A DNA stretch of 64,000 nt from Squalus acanthias (taxonomy: Eukaryota). Positions 24,761 through 37,403 of the stretch are shown here, one piece after another. The stretch lies in contig CM059432.1 of the NCBI GenBank assembly GCA_030390025.1, forward strand, positions 59,832,001-59,896,000, read 5' to 3'. A program made the position numbers and the translations under genes. How positions within the stretch are numbered: position 1 is the stretch's first letter; every line of letters begins with the position of its first letter. The notes below the pieces were generated by a model that worked only from the letters and a program-made list of their open reading frames with translations, had not been told where the DNA came from and did not search any database.

Positions 24761-26624
24761 ATGCTGTATCTGACATATTAACAGACATCATCACCCTTTC
24801 AGGGAGTTTTCAAGCAAGCCTGGAACAGCCTGCTCCAAAAAGAATGTTCCTGCAGCCACCATATTAGCTAAAGAAAAACCTATGTTGCAGCAGATGTGAT
24901 ATCTGGGGCTGTGTAAACAACTGTATGAGAATTTTGCTGTTTTTAAAAAATTTTTAACCACAAGCATGACCAGTGATGTGATGATATCATCATAACAGAA
25001 ATCATGCCACTATAATAATATTGTTTACAAGAAAACATTACAATGTTCCTTTAACCAGTCATAATCCAAAGTACTCTCCATACAGCTGATGCTGCTTCAA
25101 GTGGCTCAAATGTTCATTATCTGTCATCACTTCAAAAAACAACAGCAACAGCAAATTCTTTTAAAAGTTTCTTTTAGGACAACACAACTATCTGTATTGG
25201 ATTTCAGACAATGTAAAAAAAGAACCCTAACAGTACTTTACTTTGTCATTTCTTTAAGACCTTTAAGACATCTGTCTCTGGAAATGAACAAAATCAACTA
25301 ACAATTTCAAGAAAAAGTCACAAAAAGTAGGAAAGTTCCTCCAAGGTGTCGGAATGAATATTCTGTGATCTAATGTGTCACTGAATCTTCTCTCACTGGT
25401 TATTTAATGGTAGAGTTCTAAACCTTGCGGCAATCCTTGTTCATATAAAGCACACTGAGAGTCCTCGGCGTGTCAGTCAGTGAGTTAGAGGTAAAGGGTA
25501 GAGAGAGGCTAATCAGGATGAAATGAGATTAAAGGCTGTCTAATTTTACAGCAACTGTGATCCATCAGGCACTGCGAATTTGACAGTGGAAATGAATGAT
25601 GGAGAAAGACAGGTGGGGCTGTACATTTCACTGATTTATCCTGAAACGTGCTGGGCTTTATTTTATTGAGTGAACATGACCGCGTTCATCATAACTGTCA
25701 TCTAAAACCACTTCACTGGATTCAAAAAAGAGTCGCATCAGCACAAAAGTGAGCTCAGTATACCAGCAGCTATCAGAAGGAATTGAGAAGCAGCGCAATT
25801 TCCATGCATGATTAAAAAGTGTATTTTGTGTTTTATCATGTATTTAACACTGCAATAAATGACGAAATAAACAGCAGCACAAACATTTTTACTTGGAGCA
25901 ACAATAGGCTGCAACAAGTCAACTCATGCCCTCTCCTCTTCACACAAACTTTAGTCACTTGCTGTGGCAGTGTGACAGAGGGTCAATATGCATTGCCACA
26001 GCTATAGGAGATGCATGATCTCAGCTGTGCTGCCGTGAAAAGGTGCCATGCAGACACAGGAGGGAGGCAAAATCAGAGCTAGAACCGTCCTTGGACTGCA
26101 GGTGTGCACTTCCTAGCAGCAAACCCAAGCACATCACTGATGAGCACCTTGGAACAGGTTGGTCAGCAGGGACCACAGAGAGACCATAGGGACTGCCGGA
26201 GAAAAAGATGCATATAAAATATACATTGTTATAATCCCCTGCAGTTTGGTACCACAAGAAAAATGGCATTACTACAGTACCAATAACGCGATGCCGAACA
26301 CCTTCAGGTCCTTAATCATTCTTCTTTAGTAGCTTAGCACTGAAGTCACTCAGCAATGTACCTTTCCCATAGCACCTCAAAAACCTCGGTAACTCAAACT
26401 AAACCAGAAACCCCAAATCAAACTACCTTTAGTCAACAAGAAATATGAGATTAAACATATTACAAAGAATGAAAACGGCTGTCAGTTACAAGGTATTGAT
26501 TGAACCAAAGGAGTTACGATAATGTTATAAACCTCTCGAGCTTTGATCTTCCAGTTTATGACTTAAGAATATATGACATGACTGAGAGCAGGCCCTTCTG
26601 AGAGATTACGCCTATCAGGTATCA

Positions 26625-26743
26625 AGACTGAACAGGCTGGGGCTCTTTTCTCTAGAAAAGAGAAGGCTGAGGGGTGACCTGATAGAGGTCTTTAAGATTA
26701 CGAAAGGGTTTGATAGGGTAAAAGTGAAGCAGATGTTTCCACT
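26625..26743 (+). mobile_element. CR1 fragment abutting the proviral gag
   Basis: LNRLGLFSLEKRRLRGDLIEVFKI...QMFP, then an abrupt switch to gag. Confidence 0.75.
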
Positions 26744-28816
26744 ACTAGCAGGAGCCTGACCCCGGCAGAATGTAGGGCGCTAGTTGATGAAATGGGGCCG
26801 ATAACCTGGGGAACGAATCCGGTCACCCTAGCCAGCGACTGGGGTACGTTCCGCCGCAGCCACCCTGAATTGGAAAGGGCAGACTTAAAACGAGTTCTGT
26901 TAGCATGTATCTCTCGGGAGTTTAAGTCATTACTCTCCCAGGATATATATGACAGAGACAGGGAATGGTGGTATGCTTCGGAGGCAGTGTCCTCCCACCT
27001 GGGTATGGATTCCGTTGACTTTAACCGTCTGGTTGGGGACGCTCGTCAAAAAACGGATGAACACCCCGTTTCCTTTGCCGATCGATTATATGACTTATAC
27101 AATCAGTCCCAATTATACCAAGAGGAAAAGGGGCACTGGGACACTGAGACCTCGATTTCGCCGACCGAGGTGGGTCTGGGGCGGCTGGGGTTGGTGTCGT
27201 GGTCCCAGCCCGCTGCCTACTGCAGCCCACACTCTCCAAGCGATTTTTCGTTGATTGGGCTTGTTAAGCCCGCCCTGCGAGGTTCCCAGCCAATTAATAG
27301 GAAGCAGGTCTGATGATGTCATTTGATGACGCGCCATCAACCGGTTTCCTTAAAGGGGCCACGGCCAAATTGATCTCGACAGTTGTGCTGTCAGTATTCT
27401 ACAGCATTGAGGTGCTGCAAACACTGACAATCACTGCACAAAGGTGCACGGCTGCACCCAGGCTCTCCCATGACTCCCTCCATATGCTTAAGGAGGGAGT
27501 CACAGCAGGCAGGGATGTTCTCTTCCCTTCCAAGGGCCGAAGAGAGCTCCTCAGGAGATCAATGCGGCCTGGTTGCACATTGCACAGGAGGGTAGAAGCA
27601 GGGATGTCATCAGGAGGACCAGGCTGCTGTGGCGCAAACCTTTCAATGATCTGAGCAGATCACGAAACGTTACTGCCAAGCCACACTCAACCTTATCCTG
27701 CTGTGCCACTCATCACATCCCCATCACTCTGCCTTCCCTACCCTACTCCTGCACATCTTTACTCACACCAACTTACCTTACACCTCCACCCATCCCTCTC
27801 TATCTACATTATCACTTCCTCATCTCAATAGCCACCCCTCACACTCACCCTCAACCTACTGCAAGCATACGAACTAACAACACACAAGGGTAGGCACCTG
27901 GGTGGTTTAGCCAATGTTCATGTGAAGTTTCTGTTAATGTGTTGTCAAACATTGAAATCTATATTTTCAACACTTTACCTTATTGGACAGATCTGTTCTC
28001 ACCTTTGGAAGTGGCTTAGTGAGTTTCAGTGAATGTTGAGACATAACTTCCCACTCTCCCCTCAATTGTGATGAGTGTGAAAGGAATGGCTTGGACATTG
28101 TAGGGATGCTTTATGGTGCTGGTGTGGTTAGTTAACAAGCATTTAACAAGCATTTAACTATCTTAAATGCCTCCCCTGCCGCTTGGTGTTGGGTCTGTTC
28201 TGAAATCGCAGACCCGACACTTTGGAAACTTACATGGAGGCGGGTTCGGAGCGGGTTCCCAACCCGTTGTCAATCATTTCGATTTTGACAGCGGACCCGC
28301 CTCTGAACCCGCCCTCTGAGCTCTGGCAAAATCGTGGCCTGAGAAATTCAAACAGACATCTCTGAACGGTCTTTTGCCTTTGATAAGAGGCACTCTGGGT
28401 ATAGCGATTCATAGACAGACCCCGTGGGCGGACTTGATGGAATCTTGCATTCGAGCTTGGGACTGAGTTAAATCGTCCCTCGCTATTACTGAGTCCAAAA
28501 TGTCGGCGGTGGAGGGTCCTCTGACTCCACGAACCCCTCCCCAGCCAGCAGGCAAATGCCACGTAATTTGTTATAGCTGTTATAAGCCCGGACACTATGC
28601 TCGTGACTGCCGCGATATTCGACGTCTGATTAATGGCCCACGCTACCAACCCCAATTCATGAAGGTAACGGGTCTGATTTGAACTCTGTGCAGCAGCAGC
28701 TAGAACGCCTTTCGGCGTTAGTTGAGACCATGAAGCACAGTTAGACGGGGTGGGGGCAAAACGTTTCGGCTGTTTCTCGTAGTGGAGATGCATTCCCAGA
28801 CTCACGGCCCCAATGA
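26744..28816 (+). pseudogene. gag: Gag (capsid and nucleocapsid), 5'-truncated and split by an insertion at 27148-28339
   Basis: MHR-like RQKTDEHPVSFADRLY; frame restored (GHWDTE|KFKQTSLNGL) once the insert and one TSD are removed; zinc knuckle CYSCYKPGHYARDC. Confidence 0.85.
27148..28339. mobile_element. Non-autonomous Harbinger inserted in gag
   Basis: TIRs GACCTCGATTTCGCC / GGCAAAATCGTGGCC; TGA TSD (27145-27147, 28340-28342); Myb exon-1 remnant AAPRLSHDSL...RKPFNDLSRS at about 27430-27670. Confidence 0.88.
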
Positions 28817-29346
28817 CGCTCACCAGCCTCCACGGTGACCACGTCTTCTCCGATTTGGTACGGGGAGGACGGTCGACACTTTGTCCAGGCCACTGATCAT
28901 GGAGGCCGCTGCCATGTTATGCTTGTGGATTCCGGTTCTGCTGTGACTATTTTACATGACCCCGCTCCCTTTTCCCATGCTGGCACCGCCCATAATCTTT
29001 CTGGCTTCAATACTTCTACTCAGCTGGCTCAGCAGCGATTAACTCCCATTGTCCAAACTAGACGGAGCCCCCGTTAGTGTTCGCTCTCTGGTATATATGA
29101 CCACACATGACCAGAAATGTATCCTTGGAAGTGACGCACTGCATACACACTATGCTGTCTTTGACTACACTAATAATTGTCTTTGGTGGCACTTAAATGA
29201 GAGGCCCCCGACACCTATTTCCGATGCATGTTCAGTGTATGCGGTTAAAAAACCTGAGGACTTCACCCTTCCTAGGACTGAAGACCCCGTGATAAATGCA
29301 CTAATTAATAAATTTTCAGAGGTTTTTGCTAAGTCCAAACATGATT

Positions 29347-32193
29347 AGCATAGAAGATAGGAGCAGGAGTAAGCCATTCGGCCCCTCGAGCCTGCTCCGC
29401 CATTTAATGAGATCATGGCTGATCATCCAAATTCAGTACCCTGTCCCTGCTTTCTCCCAATATCCCTTGATCCCTTTAGCTTTAAGAAATATATCTATCT
29501 CCTTCTTGAATATATTTAATGAATTGGCCTCAACTGCCTTCTGTGGTAGAGAATTCCACAGGTTCACCACTCTCTGGGTGAAGAAATTCCTTCTCATCTC
29601 AGTTCGAAATGGCTTACCCCTTATCCTTAGACTGTGACCTCTGGTTCTGGACTCCCCTGCCATCGGGAACATCCTTCCTGCATCTAGTCTGTCTAGTCCT
29701 GTTAGAATTTTATAAGTTTCAATGAGATCCTCTCTCATTCTTCGAAATTCCAGCGAATCAACCCAATCTCTCTTCATACGTCATTCCTGCCATCTCAGGT
29801 ATCAGCCTTGTGAATCTTCGCTGAACTCCTTCCATGGCAAGAACATCCTTCCTCAGATAAGGCGACCAAAACTGCACACAATACTCAAGTTATGGTCTCA
29901 CCAAGGCCTTGTACAACTGCAGCAAGACATCCTTGCTCCTGTACTCGAATCCTCTCGCTATGAAGGCCAACATACCATTTGCCTTCTTAACCGCCTGCTG
30001 CACCTGCATGCTTACCTTCAGCGACTGGTGCACAAGGACTCCCAGATCTCGTTGCACTTCCCCTTTTCCCAATCTATTGCCGTTCAGATGATAATCTGTC
30101 TTCCTGTTTTTGACACCAAAGTGGATAACCTCGCATTTATCCATATTATACTGCATCTGCCATGCATCTGCCCAATCACCCAACCTGTCCAAATCATACT
30201 GGAGTTTCTCTGCATCCTCCTCACAGCACACATGCCCACCCAGCTTTGTGTCATCTGCAAACTTAGAGATATTACATCTAGTTCTGTCGTCTAGATCATT
30301 AATATATATATTGTGAATAGCTGGGGTCCTAGCACCGATCCCTGTGGCACCCCACTAGTCACTGCCTGCCACTCGGAAAAAGACCCGTTTATTCCAATTC
30401 TTTGCTTCCTGTCTGCCAACCAGTTCTCTATCCAAATCAGTACCTCACCCCCAATCCCATGTGCTTTAACTTTGCACGCTAATCTCTTATGCGGGACCTT
30501 ATCGAAAGCCTTCTGAAAGTCCATATACACCACATCCACTGTTTCTCCCTTATCTATTCTATCAGTTACATCCTCAAAAAATTCCAGTAGATTAGTCAGG
30601 CATGATTTCCCTTTTGTAAATCCATGTTGACTTTGTCCGATCCTATCACTGTTTTCCAAGTGCTCTGCTATTACATCTTTTATAATGGACTCTAGCATTT
30701 TGCCCACTACCGATGTCAGGCTTACCAGTCTATAATTCCCTGTTTTTTCTCTACCACCTTTTTTAAATAGTGGGGTTACATTAGCTACCCTCCAATCCAT
30801 GGGAACTGTTCCAGAGTCTATAGAATTTTGAAAGATGACCAGCAATGCATCTACTATTTCTAGGGCCACTTCCTTAAGTACCCGAGGATGTAGATTATCA
30901 GGCCCTGGGGATTTATCGGCCTTCAATCCCGTCAATTTCCCTAACACCATTTCCCTACAAATAGTGATTTCATTCAATTCCTCCCTCTCATTAGACCCTA
31001 TGTTCCCCGACATCTCTGGGAGTTTATTTGTGTCCTCCTTTGTGAAGACAGAACCAAAGTATGTATTTAATTCGTCAGCCATTTCTTTGTTCTCCATTAT
31101 AAATTCCCCTGATTCTGACTGCAAGGGACCTACGCTTGACTTCACCAATCTTTTTCTCTTCACATATCTATAGAAGCTTTTACAGTCAGTTTTTATGTTC
31201 CCTGCAAGCTTACTCTCATTCTATTTTCCCCCTCTTAATTAATCCCTTTGTCCTCCTTTGCTGAATCCTAAACTGCTCCCAATCCTCAGGTTTGCTGCTT
31301 TTTCTGGCCAATTTATATGTCCTCTCCTTGGATCTTATGCTAGCCCTAATTTCCCTTGTTAGCCACGGTTGAGTCACCTTTTTTGTTTTATTTTTATGCG
31401 AAACAGGGATGAACAAACTCTGTAGTTCATCCATGCAATCTTTAAATGTTTGCCATTGCCTATCCACCATCAACCCTTTAAGTAACGCTCCCCAATCCAC
31501 CCTAGCCAACTCGCGCCTCATACCATCGTAGTTTCCTTTATTTAAATTCAGGACCCTAGTCTCTGAGTCAACTACTTCACTCTCCATCTTAATGAAGAAT
31601 TCTATCATATTATGATCGCTCCTCCCCAAGGGGCCTCGCACAACAAGATTGCTAATTAATCCTTTCTCATTACATAATACCCAGTCTAAGATGGCCTGAT
31701 CTCTAGTTAGTTCCTCGACATATTGGTCCAGGAAACCATCCCGTATACACTCTAGGAATTCCTCCTCCACAGTATTGTTACTAATTTGGTTAGCCCAATC
31801 TATATGTAGATTAAAGTCACCCATGATAACTGCTGTGCCCTTATTGCACGTGTCTCTAATTTCCCATTTAATGCCATCCCCAACCTCAGCATTACTGTTT
31901 GGGGGTCTGTATACAACTCCCACGAACGTTTTCTGCCCCTTGGTATTTCTCAGCTCTACCCATACAGATTCCACATCATCAGAGCTAATATCCTTCCTTA
32001 CTATTGTGTTAATCTCCTCTTTAACCAGCAATGCTACCCCACCTCCTTTTCCTTTTTGTCTGTCCTTCCTGAATATTGAATACTCCTGGATGTTGAATTC
32101 CCAGCCTTGGTCACCCTGGAGCCATGTCTCCGTAATCCCAATTATATCATATCCGTTTACATCTATTTGCACAGCCAATTCATCCACCTTATT
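29347..32193 (-). mobile_element. CR1 LINE with near-complete ORF2 (APE endonuclease and RT) inserted in pol
   Basis: IIGITETW, GVVYRPP, MGDFN and SDH endonuclease motifs plus RT; flanks ATGATT (29341-29346) and ACGATT (32194-32199); removal restores AKSKHD|CGRM. Confidence 0.95.
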
Positions 32194-32659
32194 ACGATTG
32201 TGGTAGAATGTCAGGAGATGAGGAGATTAATGGACCTCACCCTCCTGTTAAGCAGTATTCCATTCCGGCTGAGAGTAAGCCTTATGTACGGTCTACTATT
32301 GATTCGTTGTTAAAGCAGGGTGTTATTCGCAGTGGCACTTTTACCACTAATTCTCCAACCTGGCCGATTAAGAAACCAGACAGTAGCTGGCGTCTAACAA
32401 TTGATTATCTCAAACTTAATTCGGTAACACCTGCTTGTGCCCCTGTGGTTTGGGAGACCCCAACTCTCCTGTCCCAGATTCCACCAGGTAGCCGATACTT
32501 CTCCACCTTTGATATTTCAAATTGTTTCTGGAGTATCCCCGTTCGGGCGGAAGATCAGTATAAGTTTGCCTTGACCTTTGAAGATCAGAGTTATACATGG
32601 ACGTGTTTGCCTCAAGGCTTTCACAACGGATGGCTCAGGCACTCAAACCCTTCTCGAGA

Positions 32660-33062
32660 CTGATATGTCTCCCATTCACCACCACTCCCAGATATGTCTC
32701 CCATTCACCACCACTCCCAGATCAGCCAGCCAGCCAGCCAGCCAGCGTCAGCTATCCAAATGTGCTCCCACCAGGTTTCACATTCGTGGTTCAGAACAGG
32801 CGTGCTTCACGTAGAAAAATAATTAAAATCACAAAGGCCTTTCAAAATGGCATTATAGAGGCAATTTAGTGCTTGTTAAGGGCCTTAACAGCCTATCCCG
32901 CCTCTTAGAGATGGGACGGAGTCGGGACCAGCAGACACGATTTAATGAAAATTGCGTGGAGGCGGGATGGAGGCGGGCTTGTGCCCGCCCGCCAGTTTTT
33001 CGCAATTTTAACCCCCCACACGCCTCCAAACCCACCTCCACAGGTCAATGAAAATCCAGCCC
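32660..33062. mobile_element. Harbinger terminal fragment replacing the RT core
   Basis: Ends AAAATCCAGCCC like 39586-39597; resembles 22500-22740; begins with a 30-bp tandem duplication and a (CAGC)n run. Confidence 0.7.
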
Positions 33063-35057
33063 TTTACGTTTATTACCGGATTGAACAAAATGATTATCCA
33101 CAGCCACCACACTCCTTTGAATCTTTTACTTAAACCAGGGGACACGTTGGTCTCCTTTGCTCGGCTCAGTCACTGGACCCTTCTGTTAACTCAGAGAGAT
33201 TTGGAAATAATGCCGAAACAGACAACTCTCCTGTCTCAGCTCCTGCTGTACGAGGGGGGCTGTAATGAATGTCCCCTTCCACCATTGGGTTTCATAGTCA
33301 TCCCGTCTCTCCTACTCCGCTGAGTGATACCCAAGATGTCTACATTGATGGATCATCCTTCCACAGGGATGGGAAGCCTCTTCCTGGATTTGCGGTGGTT
33401 CTGCTTGACCGAGAACGATAAATGCATCCCCCACTCCGTCCAATATGTTGAAGTTGCAGCCCTGGTGACAGTGATCCAAATTACTCATGACATACTGTCT
33501 GGTCAGATAGTGCCTATGCAATTAACACTTTGCTATCTTTACCGATGTATGCTCAAAATCATTTTTGCTTCATGCAGACCTCTTTGCTTCCCTTTGGGAC
33601 TTTTTAAATTCATGATCAGCCCCTGTCTATGTTGGTAAAGTTAAGTCCCACTCACGCTCTTCAGACACCCACACACAGGGTAACTCACAGGCAGATCGCA
33701 CTGCTAAAGACGCTGCCGTTAACGGTGACCTCTGGCAAGCCCCTATCCCTCCCTTAAGGTCCATCTCGAGTAACCAATGTGGGGACATCGACCTCCCCTC
33801 CCTCCAGGCCAGTTATCCTCCCTATGCGGTTGTCATTGCGTGGCACCAGAATGGCTGTTCGTTACCCTAGCCCACACCTTGGGCTCCTGACACACAATTA
33901 GCTATGGATAAGTCTGAGAAAGTTGCTTCTTTGTTAATGTGCAGCCCTCAGTTGCGATGGTTATCGTCCGATCTCCCGGTTGTCTGTGTTCCCCCATCCA
34001 TGGCACCTGAAATTAATGATCTCCTCCACTCACACCCTGTGGGAGGACACTATTCAGCTGATGTGACTGTTCAGAAGTTGCGCAAATTTGCATGGTATCC
34101 TCATTGTGTCACGGATGTCACTCATAGGGTGAATCGCTGCCTGCCCTGTTTACAGCACAATCCAAGTGCCCACACTAATCGGGCACTATTGCATAGTTCC
34201 CCTCCTCCTGATGGGCCTTGGACCCACCTCCAAATTGATTTTATAGGACCCTTACCTACATGACCTTCTGGTTTGTGGTACTGTCTGGCTATAGTCGATA
34301 AATTTACTAAATGGATGGAAGCTTTTCCATGTAAAACAAACACCACATTGACAGCGGCTCGCCTTTTATTGGGTGAGGTGATCTGCAGGTGGGGAGTGCC
34401 AATCCAAGTTGATAGTGATCAGGGATCACACTTTACCGCACAGATTTTTACTGAGCTACAACGTATAATGGGTATCTCGCATAAACTCCACATCTCCCAT
34501 CACCCACAATCATCTGGAGTGGTGGAGAGAGGAAACCGAATTCTGAAAACGATGTTAAACAAATTTTGTGCCGATCACCCCTCCAAATGGTCCAGCATGT
34601 TGTCAATGTGCCTAATGGCAATTAGGTCCACCCTGCAGAGAACAACGGGTATCTCACCCTACTGGGCAACTAATGCAAATGCCAGCCCATCTGTTAACCC
34701 CTTCAGCCACACCCTTAGTACAGGGAGTTGCCAACCAAATATGGCTTGAAACGGTGATAGAGAACACAGAACAAACTAACATGTTTGTAGCTACACAAAC
34801 AGGCAAATCAAAAAACCAGGCAAAGAAATACTTCGACAAGAAGGTCCGACCATTTGAGTATTGAGTGGGAGATGTTGTAATGGTACTAAACTATGGGAAG
34901 ACGCAACATTGCTTCGAACCAAAGTGGAATGGCCCCTTTCCGATTATTGACAGGGTCAGTCCTTCGGTTTTTCTGGTGCAATTCCCTGGGAAAAAGGGAA
35001 GGGTCAAAGTGGCTAAATAGGACCATATCAATCAGTTGAAAACTGTGAAAGAGTAAA

Positions 35058-35078
35058 TATTGCATATTTTCCTTACAG
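35058..35078 (+). promoter_or_regulatory. Candidate env splice acceptor
   Basis: TTTTCCTTACAG| between the pol stop (35055) and the env ATG (35091). Confidence 0.6.
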
Positions 35079-35090
35079 AACCAGTTAAGA

Positions 35091-37361
35091 ATGATAATGA
35101 AACTGGTCGCATGCTGTATCAGTCATCGAACCCACCTGCGGGGGGTCATCATATTCATAAGACACTTGAACGCCTCTCCAATCTCTACGGACTGGGTGAA
35201 ATACTACAATCAATCCAACGGCGAGGGTATATCATGTCGAATTTTGAAGGAAATAAGTGAAGTAAAATTCATATGCAAGGGATGTATGGTACATCCACCG
35301 ACAGTTACTACTTGGATGCACCACCTTTTGGCTCCCGAAGGAATTGGAGTTCAGGTACAATTACACTGCAGTACAGAGGGATATAACCCAGATTCACTGG
35401 GAGGCAAAGCCCCGGGATGATACCGGAAGGTATCCACAGCATTGGTTAAAACTGGACTGCTGGGAATACACTACGAAGTAAAGAGCGAAAACTGGGACAT
35501 TAAGAACTAAGATTTGAATTGGCCGTCCTTTTGGCCGAGACATGAGGGTGAATACCAGTGGAAAGCCAAGTGGCAAGAAAATAATACGGGAAATAACACA
35601 CGATGCTGTGCAGGATGGTGTGTTAGCAGCGGGGGGGTAGTTGCGATAACACAAAAAAAAGAGATCACGGTAAATAAAACCAGTAACAAGAAAGAAAACT
35701 GTCCCAAAATAACAGAAGGTCCGAATAATGGTCTGGTAGTAGTCCGCACACATGAGAGCCTGTATAATGACATTAGATATGAGGCTGTCCCAGTGATATT
35801 TAATCTTTCAGCAGTCCAAATGCCAAAGGGCCTGTGTAACCATGCACATGAGCTATTTTACAGTTATCTGGTGAGGCAAATAGTTCAGGATTTTGTAGAA
35901 AGGAAAACGGGAAAAGACAGTGACGAATGTTGGCCCCTGATTGATGGACAATGGTACGAACCAGTGGTAGGGGGAGGAAATGTTACGAGCAAGTAGACAA
36001 GGAAGCGAGGGTTGGGAGAATGGGTCGGAATAGGAGCCACAGTAGGCATGGCAGCATGGAATAGAATAGACATAGAATCTATGTGGGAACATGATGAGGC
36101 TATGAGGGGACAAGTGAAGGGAATTTTAACTAAAATAGATAAGGGAGGTTCAGACCAAATTAAAGAATTGCAAGAAGTACTAAAAACAACCTTAGAAATG
36201 GTACACAATTTTCAAGAGATTCAGGACAAGGTGAATGAGATAATCAAAAAATCTAAAGGAAGTAAGGTCCAGTCTTCTAGGGGTATCACTTGTGCCTATG
36301 TATGGGAGTTTCCTACTGGATCAGGTACAGAAGGGTCTGACAGACATCGAAAATAATCAGATACCCAACTTTGTAACTGACAGATATTTAGAGAAATGGG
36401 TTAACAAGACTGAACCATGGTGCACTACTAGGAAACATGGGTTAGCTTACTATGTCCAAGTGGGAAGAATAATGACTATTTAGATTCCAAAGGCATTCTC
36501 ATACCAGTAGTCCTATGGTTGCCCTGATTGAATAAGGCAAATAAGTGGGAAGTGTTCAAGGTCGAATCAATAGGATCTATGGAAGGGAAGGTACACAAAC
36601 AATATGAAGAATATCCACACTACTTGATTAAACAAGGCGTGACCTGGAAAGCTGCTAATTTGGATTGTTATACTAAAAATAAAGGATCATGGATGTGTAG
36701 ATGTGACAGTCTTGAGCCAGGGATTGCAGCATGTGGGTTCACTGTAGATAAAGAGTCACCTACTTGTACCATCCAAGTACAAACATGGGGCAACAATCAC
36801 ACTTGGGTCAGTTATCTCAGCCAGGGACATTATTGTGTGACCACCTCTGCTATCCAATATACCCATGGGCTAGACACCTGTCAGGTCAGATGGCCAACCT
36901 TCTGCTTAAGACCTCTTGAAATGACTAGTGTAGGAAACACCAATTTGATTCCCATAAGAACTCACAATATAACCCAAATACAAGTAAATATCACTATGCA
37001 GCAGGAGGCCCTAGAGGCAGTGGTAAAATTTGGACATCTGATTCCACCACTATCTCTCAGTTTAAAGTCTATCATTGAAAGAAGTAGTACCTCCCAGAAA
37101 CACTTAGTTAAGATGCAGCAAGACAATGCCCAAATTGAGAAAGCAATAAGCAAGTTAGGGGACCACATGTGGTGAGAAGTAGCTTATAATGCCAGTCAGC
37201 ATCCTTGGGCATGAATGGTATCAACAACCCTAGCAATTGCTCAATGCCTGGTCTTAATATTTCTAATTATAATGTCATGTTATTTGAGATGCTTGACACG
37301 CTGATTGAACCGCCGAACCAATAATCTAGAGCTGGCACGGTTGGTAGAGGGTCGAAAATGA
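35091..37361 (+). pseudogene. env: Envelope / class I fusion glycoprotein, F-protein-like, disrupted
   Basis: N-glycosylation sequons; basic site TRKR|GLGEWVGIGATVGMAAWN (36000-36009); heptad region; Cys-rich domain; second heptad; hydrophobic anchor LAIAQCLVLIFLIIMSCYL; short tail. Confidence 0.8.
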
Positions 37362-37390
37362 GAGGTTGAAATAGAGTTTTTCTCCCTCTC

Positions 37391-37401
37391 AAGGTGGGAA
37401 G
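37391..37401 (+). other. Polypurine tract
   Basis: AAGGTGGGAAG, 2 nt before the LTR TG. Confidence 0.65.
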
Positions 37402-37403
37402 TC

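Larger units (their letters stand above)
28817..35055 (+). pseudogene. pol: Pro-Pol: protease, RT (YxDD region deleted), tether, RNase H, integrase
   Basis: MLVDSGSAVT and ILGSD; KQYSIP...NSPTWPIKKPDSSWRLTIDY...LPQGFHN; HSHHTPL...ARLSHW; VYIDGS...VKSH...GNSQAD; H-H-C-C; LQIDFIGP...DSDQGSHF...SSGVVERGN; PKWNGPF. Confidence 0.92.

Noticed and set aside
25900..26743. 5' LTR or primer-binding site of the provirus
   Set aside because: No similarity to 37404-38460 is visible, and gag is joined directly to a CR1 fragment.
29722..32206. Plus-strand ORFs inside the pol interval
   Set aside because: Antisense frames of the nested CR1.
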